Shown one piece after another: positions 46,363-54,137 of a DNA stretch of 64,000 bases. A program made the position numbers and the translations under genes. Every line of letters begins with the position of its first letter. Within the stretch, counting starts at the first letter, position 1. The stretch is taken from the IMG/VR virus record IMGVR_UViG_3300009508_000011, positions 62,001 to 126,000 of that record. The stretch is one strand, 5' to 3'. Under the pieces are notes generated by a model that worked only from the letters and a program-made list of their open reading frames with translations, did not search any database and was not told the DNA's origin.

Positions 46363-47292
46363 CTATACGCTAAACGGGTATTTGATTGGGTCTTGCGGTA
46401 CATAGTTCTCAACCTTGAAATCGTTTGGCGATAACCAGGTTTCTACGTCTTCAAGAGTATTTAAATTATCAGGTAAAATCAACCTAGGTATCTCAGTGCT
46501 AGGTTCACGCTTCATGTGTTCCTTAAACAATTCTAACTGGTCTTCATACACATGGGCATTAACTATCTTGTGGAAAGCTTTAGCTGGTGTATGTCCTGTT
46601 ATCTTAGCCATGACTGCTAATAATGTAAATACCTGAACTTGATTATAGTTCAGACCTAATGGTACATCGCAAGAACGTTGCGTGGCATGTAGATACAGTT
46701 TACCGTTAACTAATGAGAATTGGTACCCGAACATACAAGGACGTAGGCAACCCATATGTTCTTCACCAGGGTTCCACATCATTAAGATTTCACCACGGTC
46801 ATCAATACCTTTCTTAAGGTTATTGTAAACTTTACGTAGTTGGTCAATTGAATCGTTTTTGACATAGCCAGTTTTATCTTGGAATATCTCAGGTATTCGC
46901 CAGTCTCTTAATTGTGGACCATAACAACGACCCATAAATTTAGGTGCTGGGTAATCAAACGTTTGTGTACCGTGACGTTTGTGCTGATGTGCCTGAAGAC
47001 GAAATGGACTATGTAACCACACTGGTGCAGTTGAGTTAGCATTCCATGACTTAGTACCCAAAGCTTCAAATTTCTCAGCGTCGTCCCAACCACGGAGGTA
47101 TCCAATTAGTTCAGCAATGGCACCTACCCAATTACTATCTCTAGTAGTTGGTAATGGGAATTCACCTTTACCCACATCATACGTCAAATTAGCGTCTATT
47201 AGAACAAGACAGTTCTTACCAGTTCTCTCATTAAAAACTATCTCGCCTTCGTCTAGGATTTTTCTACCTAGTTCAATATATTGCTTAGTCAT
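46363..47292 (-). CDS. thyA: Thymidylate synthase ThyA (Vibrio/Pasteurellaceae-type)
   Basis: LRPCM (catalytic Cys), QRSCDVPLGLNYN, HKIVNAHVYEDQ, C-terminal YPFSV. Confidence 0.95.
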   Translation of the reverse strand: MTKQYIELGRKILDEGEIVFNERTGKNCLVLIDANLTYDVGKGEFPLPTTRDSNWVGAIAELIGYLRGWDDAEKFEALGTKSWNANSTAPVWLHSPFRLQAHQHKRHGTQTFDYPAPKFMGRCYGPQLRDWRIPEIFQDKTGYVKNDSIDQLRKVYNNLKKGIDDRGEILMMWNPGEEHMGCLRPCMFGYQFSLVNGKLYLHATQRSCDVPLGLNYNQVQVFTLLAVMAKITGHTPAKAFHKIVNAHVYEDQLELFKEHMKREPSTEIPRLILPDNLNTLEDVETWLSPNDFKVENYVPQDPIKYPFSV

Positions 47293-47305
47293 CTAGTTAC
47301 CTTAC

Positions 47306-47701
47306 CTAACGTCTTGTTACAAAAAAACCAGCAGCCATACCAATCACGATATAGAGCGGTAAATCATCAAAGAATGCCATTTGTTCTTCCATTGGCAATT
47401 CAGATATGTAGTTAATGCCATATACACCTAAGGCACCAAGTACTAAAATAATTACTATTAAGAGACTGTTAAAACCAAGTCCGTACCTATCAGATACACG
47501 ACGAGTGGGTTTACCATCTTTATTAGTTGTCCAATTGTCGCCCTTACGATGACGGTCCGTAGGTATTGGCGCACAGGATGGCCATACCGTTGAGCTATCC
47601 ATACCAGATATAAATGTAGTGTTAGTGAATTTGGACACTTGTTCAGTATCTATCTCATTCCACTTGGTTATCTTTTCAGCATTGTTATTCTGATTGTTCA
47701 T
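47306..47701 (-). CDS. Membrane protein (2 C-terminal TM)
   Basis: Two hydrophobic segments in the C-terminal half. Confidence 0.6.
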   Translation of the reverse strand: MNNQNNNAEKITKWNEIDTEQVSKFTNTTFISGMDSSTVWPSCAPIPTDRHRKGDNWTTNKDGKPTRRVSDRYGLGFNSLLIVIILVLGALGVYGINYISELPMEEQMAFFDDLPLYIVIGMAAGFFVTRR

Positions 47702-48779
47702 TGGTTGCTTCCCCAGTCCGTTGATGAACCAGCTCTATATGGTCATTCAACTCTACGTCATAGTACCCATTGTCTACTAGGTACGTTAATTTACGAGCCT
47801 TGTATTCAGACCCATTTACGATAATACTATCAGATGGCAATTCTTCCATATGTTCAAAGTCAACATCGTTTAATGTTGTTCCTGTACACATACCAAGATA
47901 GATGACCACTATACTATCTATAGTTACCTTTAGTGGGTTACTACCACGGTAGAATGTATCCGTCCCATCACCAAACTCAGCTTCAATAGTAATGTAAAAA
48001 CTATTTACAGATTCTGTTTCTTTAACATATACTAACCTGCGAGCTTTATCCTCAACGGAACTAGTAAGTAAGGAGGCGAAGGCATCTTTACCGTTTTTAC
48101 TATCTGCCCTAGGTTGCAATATACTTAATCCGGCACCATGAGATGCTATGCATGATGGACAAGTACCGCAACCATAGATAACTCCACCAATTTTAGTAGT
48201 CTGTTCACAGAACGACACATAATCGATAATTGGTTTCATTCTATTTGATTCGGTGTATCCATGAATCCATTCCGCAACAGTTGCCTTACTGGTCTTTGTG
48301 AGTGGAAATATTAATTCAGGTAACTTAGCCTTGTCCTTTATATTCCACCCCATTGACTTCCATTGTTTCTTTAGATTGGGAATCATCATGATGTTATCAT
48401 CAGATACGGCACCTATAGCTACGTAGTCTGTATCCATAGGAGTTAATAGAGACGACAGGTAAAGCCACAGTTGTTTCTGTGACCATCTAAAATTATTGGG
48501 CCACGCTAAGAAACCATCTATACTAGGAAACTTAAATGTTTGAAACTTAATCTTGTCGTATAAATCTGAATCTCGTATGGCAGTCTTTATTAGATGTCTG
48601 CTATATTTCTCATGATTAGGGTTGGGCATGTTTTCAGCCTGTATACTAAGTGCAGTTACCTCAGCGCCAGCATCCGCCATCGCCAGTAACAGACCAGTTG
48701 AATCCAATCCACCTGACCAAGGTATAACTACCTTCTTACCCTTAAACTTCTTAAGGTTGGGCATTTTATCAAACATCAC
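47685..48779 (-). CDS. QueC-like PP-loop ATP pyrophosphatase with a C-terminal extension
   Basis: VVIPWSGGLDST PP-loop, VAIGAVSDD, FPL...SK, and the Zn site SFC...GCGTCPSC. Confidence 0.7.
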   Translation of the reverse strand: MMFDKMPNLKKFKGKKVVIPWSGGLDSTGLLLAMADAGAEVTALSIQAENMPNPNHEKYSRHLIKTAIRDSDLYDKIKFQTFKFPSIDGFLAWPNNFRWSQKQLWLYLSSLLTPMDTDYVAIGAVSDDNIMMIPNLKKQWKSMGWNIKDKAKLPELIFPLTKTSKATVAEWIHGYTESNRMKPIIDYVSFCEQTTKIGGVIYGCGTCPSCIASHGAGLSILQPRADSKNGKDAFASLLTSSVEDKARRLVYVKETESVNSFYITIEAEFGDGTDTFYRGSNPLKVTIDSIVVIYLGMCTGTTLNDVDFEHMEELPSDSIIVNGSEYKARKLTYLVDNGYYDVELNDHIELVHQRTGEATNEQSE

Positions 48780-49260
48780 TATTACCTACAAATTGACGAC
48801 AAGGTATTTCCTTATCTATTAAAAACTTCTTACCATCATGTTTGGTGTAATCGTTATCATCTGGTAAGCTATCTGGACTACTTAGGAAATCATTTAGATA
48901 CCAGACTTCCTTAATACCAAGAAGATATAAACTTTTAGCACATTCGATACACGGAGCATGGGTTAGGAATACTATACCACCAGTTGCAACTATTCCAGTC
49001 CTAGATAGTTTATCCAGTGAATTACGTTCTGCATGGATTACCTCTGGTCTAGTCTTACCTGCTAATGTAGGATGGTCTAAATCATATTCACATTTATTGG
49101 AAGAACCTGGAGGCATACCGTTCCAACCTACTGAGATTAAACCATTGGTTGTGACCAATACACTACCAACCTTTCTCTTTTCAGCAGCGGACTCCTGAGA
49201 GCACCTAACGGCCATGTCCATGTACAATTGAAAGTACTTGGACTTAAGTGGGTCTATCAT
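48769..49260 (-). CDS. dCMP deaminase (ComEB/Dcd cytidine-deaminase family)
   Basis: KVGSVLV, GWNGMPPG, HAERN, THAPCIECAK. Confidence 0.9.
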   Translation of the reverse strand: MIDPLKSKYFQLYMDMAVRCSQESAAEKRKVGSVLVTTNGLISVGWNGMPPGSSNKCEYDLDHPTLAGKTRPEVIHAERNSLDKLSRTGIVATGGIVFLTHAPCIECAKSLYLLGIKEVWYLNDFLSSPDSLPDDNDYTKHDGKKFLIDKEIPCRQFVGNSDV

Positions 49261-49522
49261 TTTTTAATTCCTGTTATTCTATAAAGTAATAATAGTTCTA
49301 TATCATAATTACCGACAGTAATTTTTAGATGGACGGCATAAGTGAGGGGAATGTCCCCTAGGCAAAAAAAAGAGGAGCCCAGAGGCGGCTCCTCAAATGG
49401 TGAGGGTCGCGAATCCTCTCTTGTGGACGCTCTAGTTGACTTAGAATAAAAAACAGAGAGACGCAAACTACGTTCTCTCCGTAAGGGGAGTGTCCGGGGA
49501 GGAGGCACTCCTGCGCTAATCG

Positions 49523-50290
49523 TTAGGTGTCAAATCCCATTTCTTCAAATAGTTCAGCACACTTGAAGTGGAATATGTCGCAAGTAGTAACAACCACTAG
49601 CTCACCAAATTGATTTTCATTTTCAGTTCCCTCTTCGCCATGTGGGTCTGGTTCAAAATGAATACCACACGACACGGGGAAGAATCTAGGTGAATTACGA
49701 TTACCAAACTCCTCTACTTCTAAAGTAGCATATACATGCTCTTCAACATTGTACCTAGACTGACGGTCTACTTTATATTCAGCAGTGACCGAATTAGTAA
49801 TAATGAAACTAATACCGTTATCCAATAATACTTCTTCAAGACCTTTCCATAGTTCTGTTTCGGTTAAACCTTTACCGTTACCTAGAAGGTTCCATAACTC
49901 TGAAACATCGATTAATACGAAACCAACCTCATGGTCAATTACATCAAGGTTATGTTTAAGTAAATCTAAGAAACATTCAGCGGTGGCAAATGCTGCGGTG
50001 GGTGTAGATACTAAATCGAATCGTGTTGGGGATATCTCAGTAGTTAACTGTCTAATCAGTTGACTGAAAACTGTCTCCCCATCAAATACCATGATTGATT
50101 TATTCTCACCCTTTTCGGAGTTATACTCAGCTAGGTTTACCCCTAGTTCACGAGTTAGACGTTTACTTAATAAAGAACGTCCACCTTGATTAAGAGAACC
50201 TACAACGACGCCAACTGAATCGTGGAAATCGTTAATTGTTTCAAATAGAGGGGTCAATTCTTTATCTTTAATTAATTGTTTAAACATCAA
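49523..50290 (-). CDS. RecA/KaiC-like fold protein with degenerate Walker motifs
   Basis: VVVGSLNQGGRSLL, IMVFDGE, FVLIDVSEL, SFIITN follow the order of RecA-fold strands. Confidence 0.4.
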   Translation of the reverse strand: MMFKQLIKDKELTPLFETINDFHDSVGVVVGSLNQGGRSLLSKRLTRELGVNLAEYNSEKGENKSIMVFDGETVFSQLIRQLTTEISPTRFDLVSTPTAAFATAECFLDLLKHNLDVIDHEVGFVLIDVSELWNLLGNGKGLTETELWKGLEEVLLDNGISFIITNSVTAEYKVDRQSRYNVEEHVYATLEVEEFGNRNSPRFFPVSCGIHFEPDPHGEEGTENENQFGELVVVTTCDIFHFKCAELFEEMGFDT

Positions 50291-50335
50291 GTGGTTTCCT
50301 TTTATATTTATACTTGTTAGTTACACTCACTCAAA

Positions 50336-50358
50336 AGATTACCTGAGTGTGTATTTTT
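50336..50358 (-). promoter_or_regulatory. Middle-type promoter
   Basis: AAAAATACACACTCAGGTAATCT. Confidence 0.45.
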
Positions 50359-50384
50359 GCACCCAAACGACGTAAGGAAATAAA

Positions 50385-51455
50385 TCACTCACGGTTACGT
50401 TCCATGCTATTCTCAGACATCTCTACTGGTCTACAGGTTTCGTACATTACGTGACTATCTTGTTGTTCTTTTAACACTTCGATAATGTCATTGTATTCAC
50501 AATCCCAGTATTCCATTTCGATGAGCACCTCACCAAGCTTAAGGTCGGGTTCAAACTTGGTTATTCGATGACACATGTCTTTCTGTATTAGCGTATGGGA
50601 GAATTCAAACACATCACCCTGACACTCTGCACGATATGACATAACGTCTAACTTAGGTAACGTACTCTTATTTGAGTAATATGTCCCTAGGTTATACAGT
50701 TCTAACTTTATAGTACTACCTGACTTAACGACGGCGGGGAGGCTATCGTCCATAATTAAATTACTTATAGTTTCCGTCCCACCATAGAAATCTAACAGGT
50801 CTCTAAGTTCATCCCAAAATGCATCATCCAAGCTATCGCTAGCAACGGCTAACTCAGTTGCCTGTTTGAAGTTATGGAACTTACGAAAAGGTAGGTTTTC
50901 AACACTTAATAGAATGGTTAGCGTTGGTTTAATCTCTATTATATTGGCAGGAATAACAGCACAACGAATAACCTGCTTACCGTCTTTACTGTAATGGTAT
51001 CCATGTAGTTCCTTATATTTACCAGTATAGTTGGGGTCTATATATTCAGATAAGCCTGCACCGAATATATGTACCATACTAGGATACAGTATTACAGTGT
51101 CACCACAAAGAAGTATGGTATCGTGGTAACCTTGTATATCATCATACGTGGTACGGATACTATTATCTTCCTCTTTAGCATTGTGAATCATATACGGCGT
51201 GCTTTGTGAGTCCAAAACATCATATAGGTAACAAACAGACCCGTCACCGTTAAGGGCACGGTCTACATGTTCTTCTATGGGAATGGAATTACGATTGACC
51301 GTGAGGTTGTCAGAATACTTATTAGTAGGTGTTAATCTACGTATTCCGTTTTCATCGAGTGAAGTCTTGTATGCTTTACCATCTACAATAATATCACTCT
51401 TGTCCCTTGCCACTGAGGGAGCTGCTACTTTTAGATAATCCATTGTTATCTCCAA
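50385..51455 (-). CDS. Hypothetical protein (356 aa)
   Basis: Long ORF. Confidence 0.65.
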   Translation of the reverse strand: MEITMDYLKVAAPSVARDKSDIIVDGKAYKTSLDENGIRRLTPTNKYSDNLTVNRNSIPIEEHVDRALNGDGSVCYLYDVLDSQSTPYMIHNAKEEDNSIRTTYDDIQGYHDTILLCGDTVILYPSMVHIFGAGLSEYIDPNYTGKYKELHGYHYSKDGKQVIRCAVIPANIIEIKPTLTILLSVENLPFRKFHNFKQATELAVASDSLDDAFWDELRDLLDFYGGTETISNLIMDDSLPAVVKSGSTIKLELYNLGTYYSNKSTLPKLDVMSYRAECQGDVFEFSHTLIQKDMCHRITKFEPDLKLGEVLIEMEYWDCEYNDIIEVLKEQQDSHVMYETCRPVEMSENSMERNRE

Positions 51456-51582
51456 TTGTACTTCGTAAGTAATAATCTATATCATCAACAATTGATGCAA
51501 CTTCGTCGTTCCTGGGAGTATCTAGTAACGACTTAACTTCAGTCACGGCTGCCAATAACTGTTCATTATTTTCTATGGACAT
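51394..51582 (-). CDS. Hypothetical protein (62 aa)
   Basis: Packed ORF. Confidence 0.45.
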   Translation of the reverse strand: MSIENNEQLLAAVTEVKSLLDTPRNDEVASIVDDIDYYLRSTIGDNNGLSKSSSSLSGKGQE

Positions 51583-52145
51583 TAGCGTCTTCTCCCACCT
51601 CTACGTCCAGCTTGTTTATTCATAGCGCGCATTTGTTTATGGTTTGGCTGATAACCCTTGTGTTTAGGTAGTCGGTCATGCCCCTTACGGAATAACATGC
51701 TGTCACCATCAAAATCCGATGCTATATCCTCAATAGCCATTGCTGGTGAAGAATCAACAACCGATATGTTGTGTGCCGCTAAAGCTAGTGCCACTTTACG
51801 ACCAAGTCTGCCCACACCACCACAACCAACAATAACAGTCTTAGATTCCCTTTCCTTACTCAAGCGTTCTTGCTCAGCCCTGAATTCGCTCAAAGCTTTC
51901 TTATCAGATTCTGGAGTATAGCAAGTAAAGCTACCGCTACCGTAGTTTTCTTTACAGAACATAATCATTGTCATGGTGTGGTCATCACCAATCCAACCTG
52001 GGTCATTAGTAGCTTCTTCTTCATCGTCTACTAGAATCCAGATAGGTGCATCTTTTTCGCCTGCTTGAATGGCTTCAATGTTAACCTTAATGAATTTCTT
52101 CGTCTCGGTACACTGCATCAACATCCTTAATTTTGGTTCTTTCAT
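51582..52145 (-). CDS. Hypothetical protein with a basic RGG-containing tail
   Basis: Contains IVGCGGVGRLG and ends KQAGRRGGRRR. Confidence 0.6.
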   Translation of the reverse strand: MKEPKLRMLMQCTETKKFIKVNIEAIQAGEKDAPIWILVDDEEEATNDPGWIGDDHTMTMIMFCKENYGSGSFTCYTPESDKKALSEFRAEQERLSKERESKTVIVGCGGVGRLGRKVALALAAHNISVVDSSPAMAIEDIASDFDGDSMLFRKGHDRLPKHKGYQPNHKQMRAMNKQAGRRGGRRR

Positions 52146-52197
52146 TACTTTCTCTCCGTTTATTCAAAAAAAGTATAGCGGCACTAGGCCGCTGTAT

Positions 52198-52560
52198 TTA
52201 AAAGATACTTGTGTATAACATGAACCCACCAGTATAACCGATGATGAAACACATTATCCAAAGTATAACCTTACGTATCCTTTTCCATATTAGTAACCAA
52301 TGTTCTTTATCTAACGTTACAAACATCATGAAGATGTATAACGAAGCTAAACCAATGGGCCATAGGAACCAACCTAGATGGAATAAAACAACTGCGGGTA
52401 CAGGACCTACGGCATATTCCAGTTGTTTGTACATAAACAAGCTATCTTTACCCAATGATAGGTTTATGGCTACCACGCAAGATAGTAACCATATAGACAA
52501 CCCTATTAGAACATTAAGCCAAGTTGGTACATGTTCCATACACCACGTTAACCATTCCAT
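52198..52560 (-). CDS. Membrane protein (3 TM)
   Basis: Three hydrophobic segments. Confidence 0.6.
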   Translation of the reverse strand: MEWLTWCMEHVPTWLNVLIGLSIWLLSCVVAINLSLGKDSLFMYKQLEYAVGPVPAVVLFHLGWFLWPIGLASLYIFMMFVTLDKEHWLLIWKRIRKVILWIMCFIIGYTGGFMLYTSIF

Positions 52561-52571
52561 TTACTTGTCCC

Positions 52572-52958
52572 CTATGCTACCTCTGTTTCTATAGCGTCTT
52601 CTACAGCCTGCTTAAGGCGTCTTGCTACATAACGAGTACGTTGCTTTTTGGTTGTACCTGACACCTGAGACATATAGTCCATGGTAGTGCCAACGTATGA
52701 CATGAATGCTAATGCATCCGCGAAGTCTTCTACTGACTTTAATGTCGGTGGATATTCAAGATTGTTTTCTACAACTTCACCGTTCTCGTATACACGACGA
52801 ACATGTCCATTGTAAGATACTACGATATTTGCTTTCGCGTTTTTGAATCTAAAGCGGTTTACTTCAATGTCCGGATTGGTACATTCTACTACTTCAGGTT
52901 TATCCTGTCCAGCGATTTCACAAGCTACATTCCACATAACTTTGTTCCTTTCATTCAC
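52572..52958 (-). CDS. Hypothetical protein (128 aa)
   Basis: Packed ORF. Confidence 0.6.
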   Translation of the reverse strand: MNERNKVMWNVACEIAGQDKPEVVECTNPDIEVNRFRFKNAKANIVVSYNGHVRRVYENGEVVENNLEYPPTLKSVEDFADALAFMSYVGTTMDYMSQVSGTTKKQRTRYVARRLKQAVEDAIETEVA

Positions 52959-52994
52959 AAAATCAGATTCTATTGAATCATTAGTTAATATTAA

Positions 52995-53273
52995 TTAGAA
53001 GACACAAACCTTCTTACCCTCTGGAGTTTCAATAACCCCAGTTACCCAGCCAAAACTATCTTGTTCACCGGGGTAGACTTTGATACCCTTAGGTTCCATT
53101 ACATTAGCTATCGTAGCATAGTTTGGATTACCCTTTGGAGTTATCAAATGTTTTTCTGCTGCCACTGCTATTTCAGCAGGGACTTTATCTTCGACAATGA
53201 AACCGTAATTGTCCACTGGGACATTAACTTTATCAAGGTCGAGTATTCCCGAAACGAACGCTTCAATTTCCAT
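52995..53273 (-). CDS. Hypothetical protein (92 aa)
   Basis: C-terminal GEQDSFGWVTGVIETPEGK motif is seen in small phage proteins. Confidence 0.6.
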   Translation of the reverse strand: MEIEAFVSGILDLDKVNVPVDNYGFIVEDKVPAEIAVAAEKHLITPKGNPNYATIANVMEPKGIKVYPGEQDSFGWVTGVIETPEGKKVCVF

Positions 53274-53680
53274 ATAGTCTCTCTTCTATCGTTGGTTATT
53301 TCGAATTCGTTAAACACTATATCCACTATAGTCTCTGCACTATAGTCAGGATTAGTTTCGTAGATATTACGTGCCCTACGCATGAAACCCTTAGGTAAAG
53401 GATAACCGCCCACTATAGTAATGTTAGTGAATGTATTTTTCCACCCATCCCTACTGTGTTCGATTTGTACTTCTCTCTTACCTAAATAGGAAACATGTGA
53501 TGCACATGAATCTACTAATACTTCATTGTAAACCCTACGAAGTACTTTTGAAACACCAGTAGTTTTCACCGTTGTATGTTCCAATAGGAGTAGTGGTTCT
53601 ACACCATCTAAGAATGCACGTAGATGTAATAGCAACACTCTCCTAAGTATTTGTTGTTGTTCATCAGCGCTGGTATGCAT
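53168..53680 (-). CDS. Hypothetical protein (170 aa)
   Basis: GGAG RBS and early-type promoter at 53723-53740. Confidence 0.55.
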   Translation of the reverse strand: MHTSADEQQQILRRVLLLHLRAFLDGVEPLLLLEHTTVKTTGVSKVLRRVYNEVLVDSCASHVSYLGKREVQIEHSRDGWKNTFTNITIVGGYPLPKGFMRRARNIYETNPDYSAETIVDIVFNEFEITNDRRETIWKLKRSFREYSTLIKLMSQWTITVSLSKIKSLLK

Positions 53681-53722
53681 TGCAACTCCCGTTTATTAGT
53701 TACGTTTGTACATATCACCAAT

Positions 53723-53740
53723 ATAATATATTTGTGAAAA
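53723..53740 (-). promoter_or_regulatory. Early-type promoter
   Basis: Minus strand reads TTTTCACAAATATATTAT. Confidence 0.55.
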
Positions 53741-53810
53741 TAATTTCGTTGGATGGCAAAAGTAAATAGGGAACCGCCATAGTAGCAGTTCCCTATACAA
53801 ATGTTACCTG

Positions 53811-54029
53811 TTAGTGGAATATAGAATCTTGTTCCTTACTACACCCACAGGAATTGCGCAGCCCTGAAATAAGTTCCTTACTAGGAACAATGACACTCTG
53901 TCCACATTCGCACTCACATTTCCAGTGAGGTTCTTCAGCAACCGCTCCGTGTGGACGGTTACCAACGAATGCTCTTGCAGTAAGAGCCCCAAAACGACCA
54001 TTAGATAGGTCAAGGTTTCCTGTACTCAT
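53811..54029 (-). CDS. Stand-alone N-terminal module of HNH/AP2-type homing endonucleases (72 aa)
   Basis: DLSNGRFGALTA...WKCECECG......L.SG..NSCGC; no nuclease domain follows. Confidence 0.65.
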   Translation of the reverse strand: MSTGNLDLSNGRFGALTARAFVGNRPHGAVAEEPHWKCECECGQSVIVPSKELISGLRNSCGCSKEQDSIFH

Positions 54030-54074
54030 TGTTATATTTTATCTCCATGTTTTAGCATGGGAACTTCACTCCCC

Positions 54075-54102
54075 ATAAAAGTAGAAAGAGGTGTATTTTT
54101 TT
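54075..54102 (-). promoter_or_regulatory. Middle-type promoter
   Basis: AAAAAAATACACCTCTTTCTACTTTTAT. Confidence 0.45.
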
Positions 54103-54137
54103 ATAACTACGAAAAAACAGACCTCACCTATTTAAGG

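Noticed and set aside
47685-48779. Complete 7-deazaguanine DNA modification system
   Set aside because: Only a QueC-like gene is present; no FolE, QueD, QueE or DpdA in this window.
49385-49430. tRNA suggested by a hairpin ending in ACCA
   Set aside because: No cloverleaf, D-arm or anticodon arm.
49257-49508. 83-aa minus-strand ORF
   Set aside because: It runs through several terminator hairpins and has no RBS; the region is regulatory.
51582-52145. Rossmann/ThiF-like enzyme suggested by IVGCGGVG
   Set aside because: Only the glycine motif matches; the downstream region is too short and lacks the other conserved motifs.
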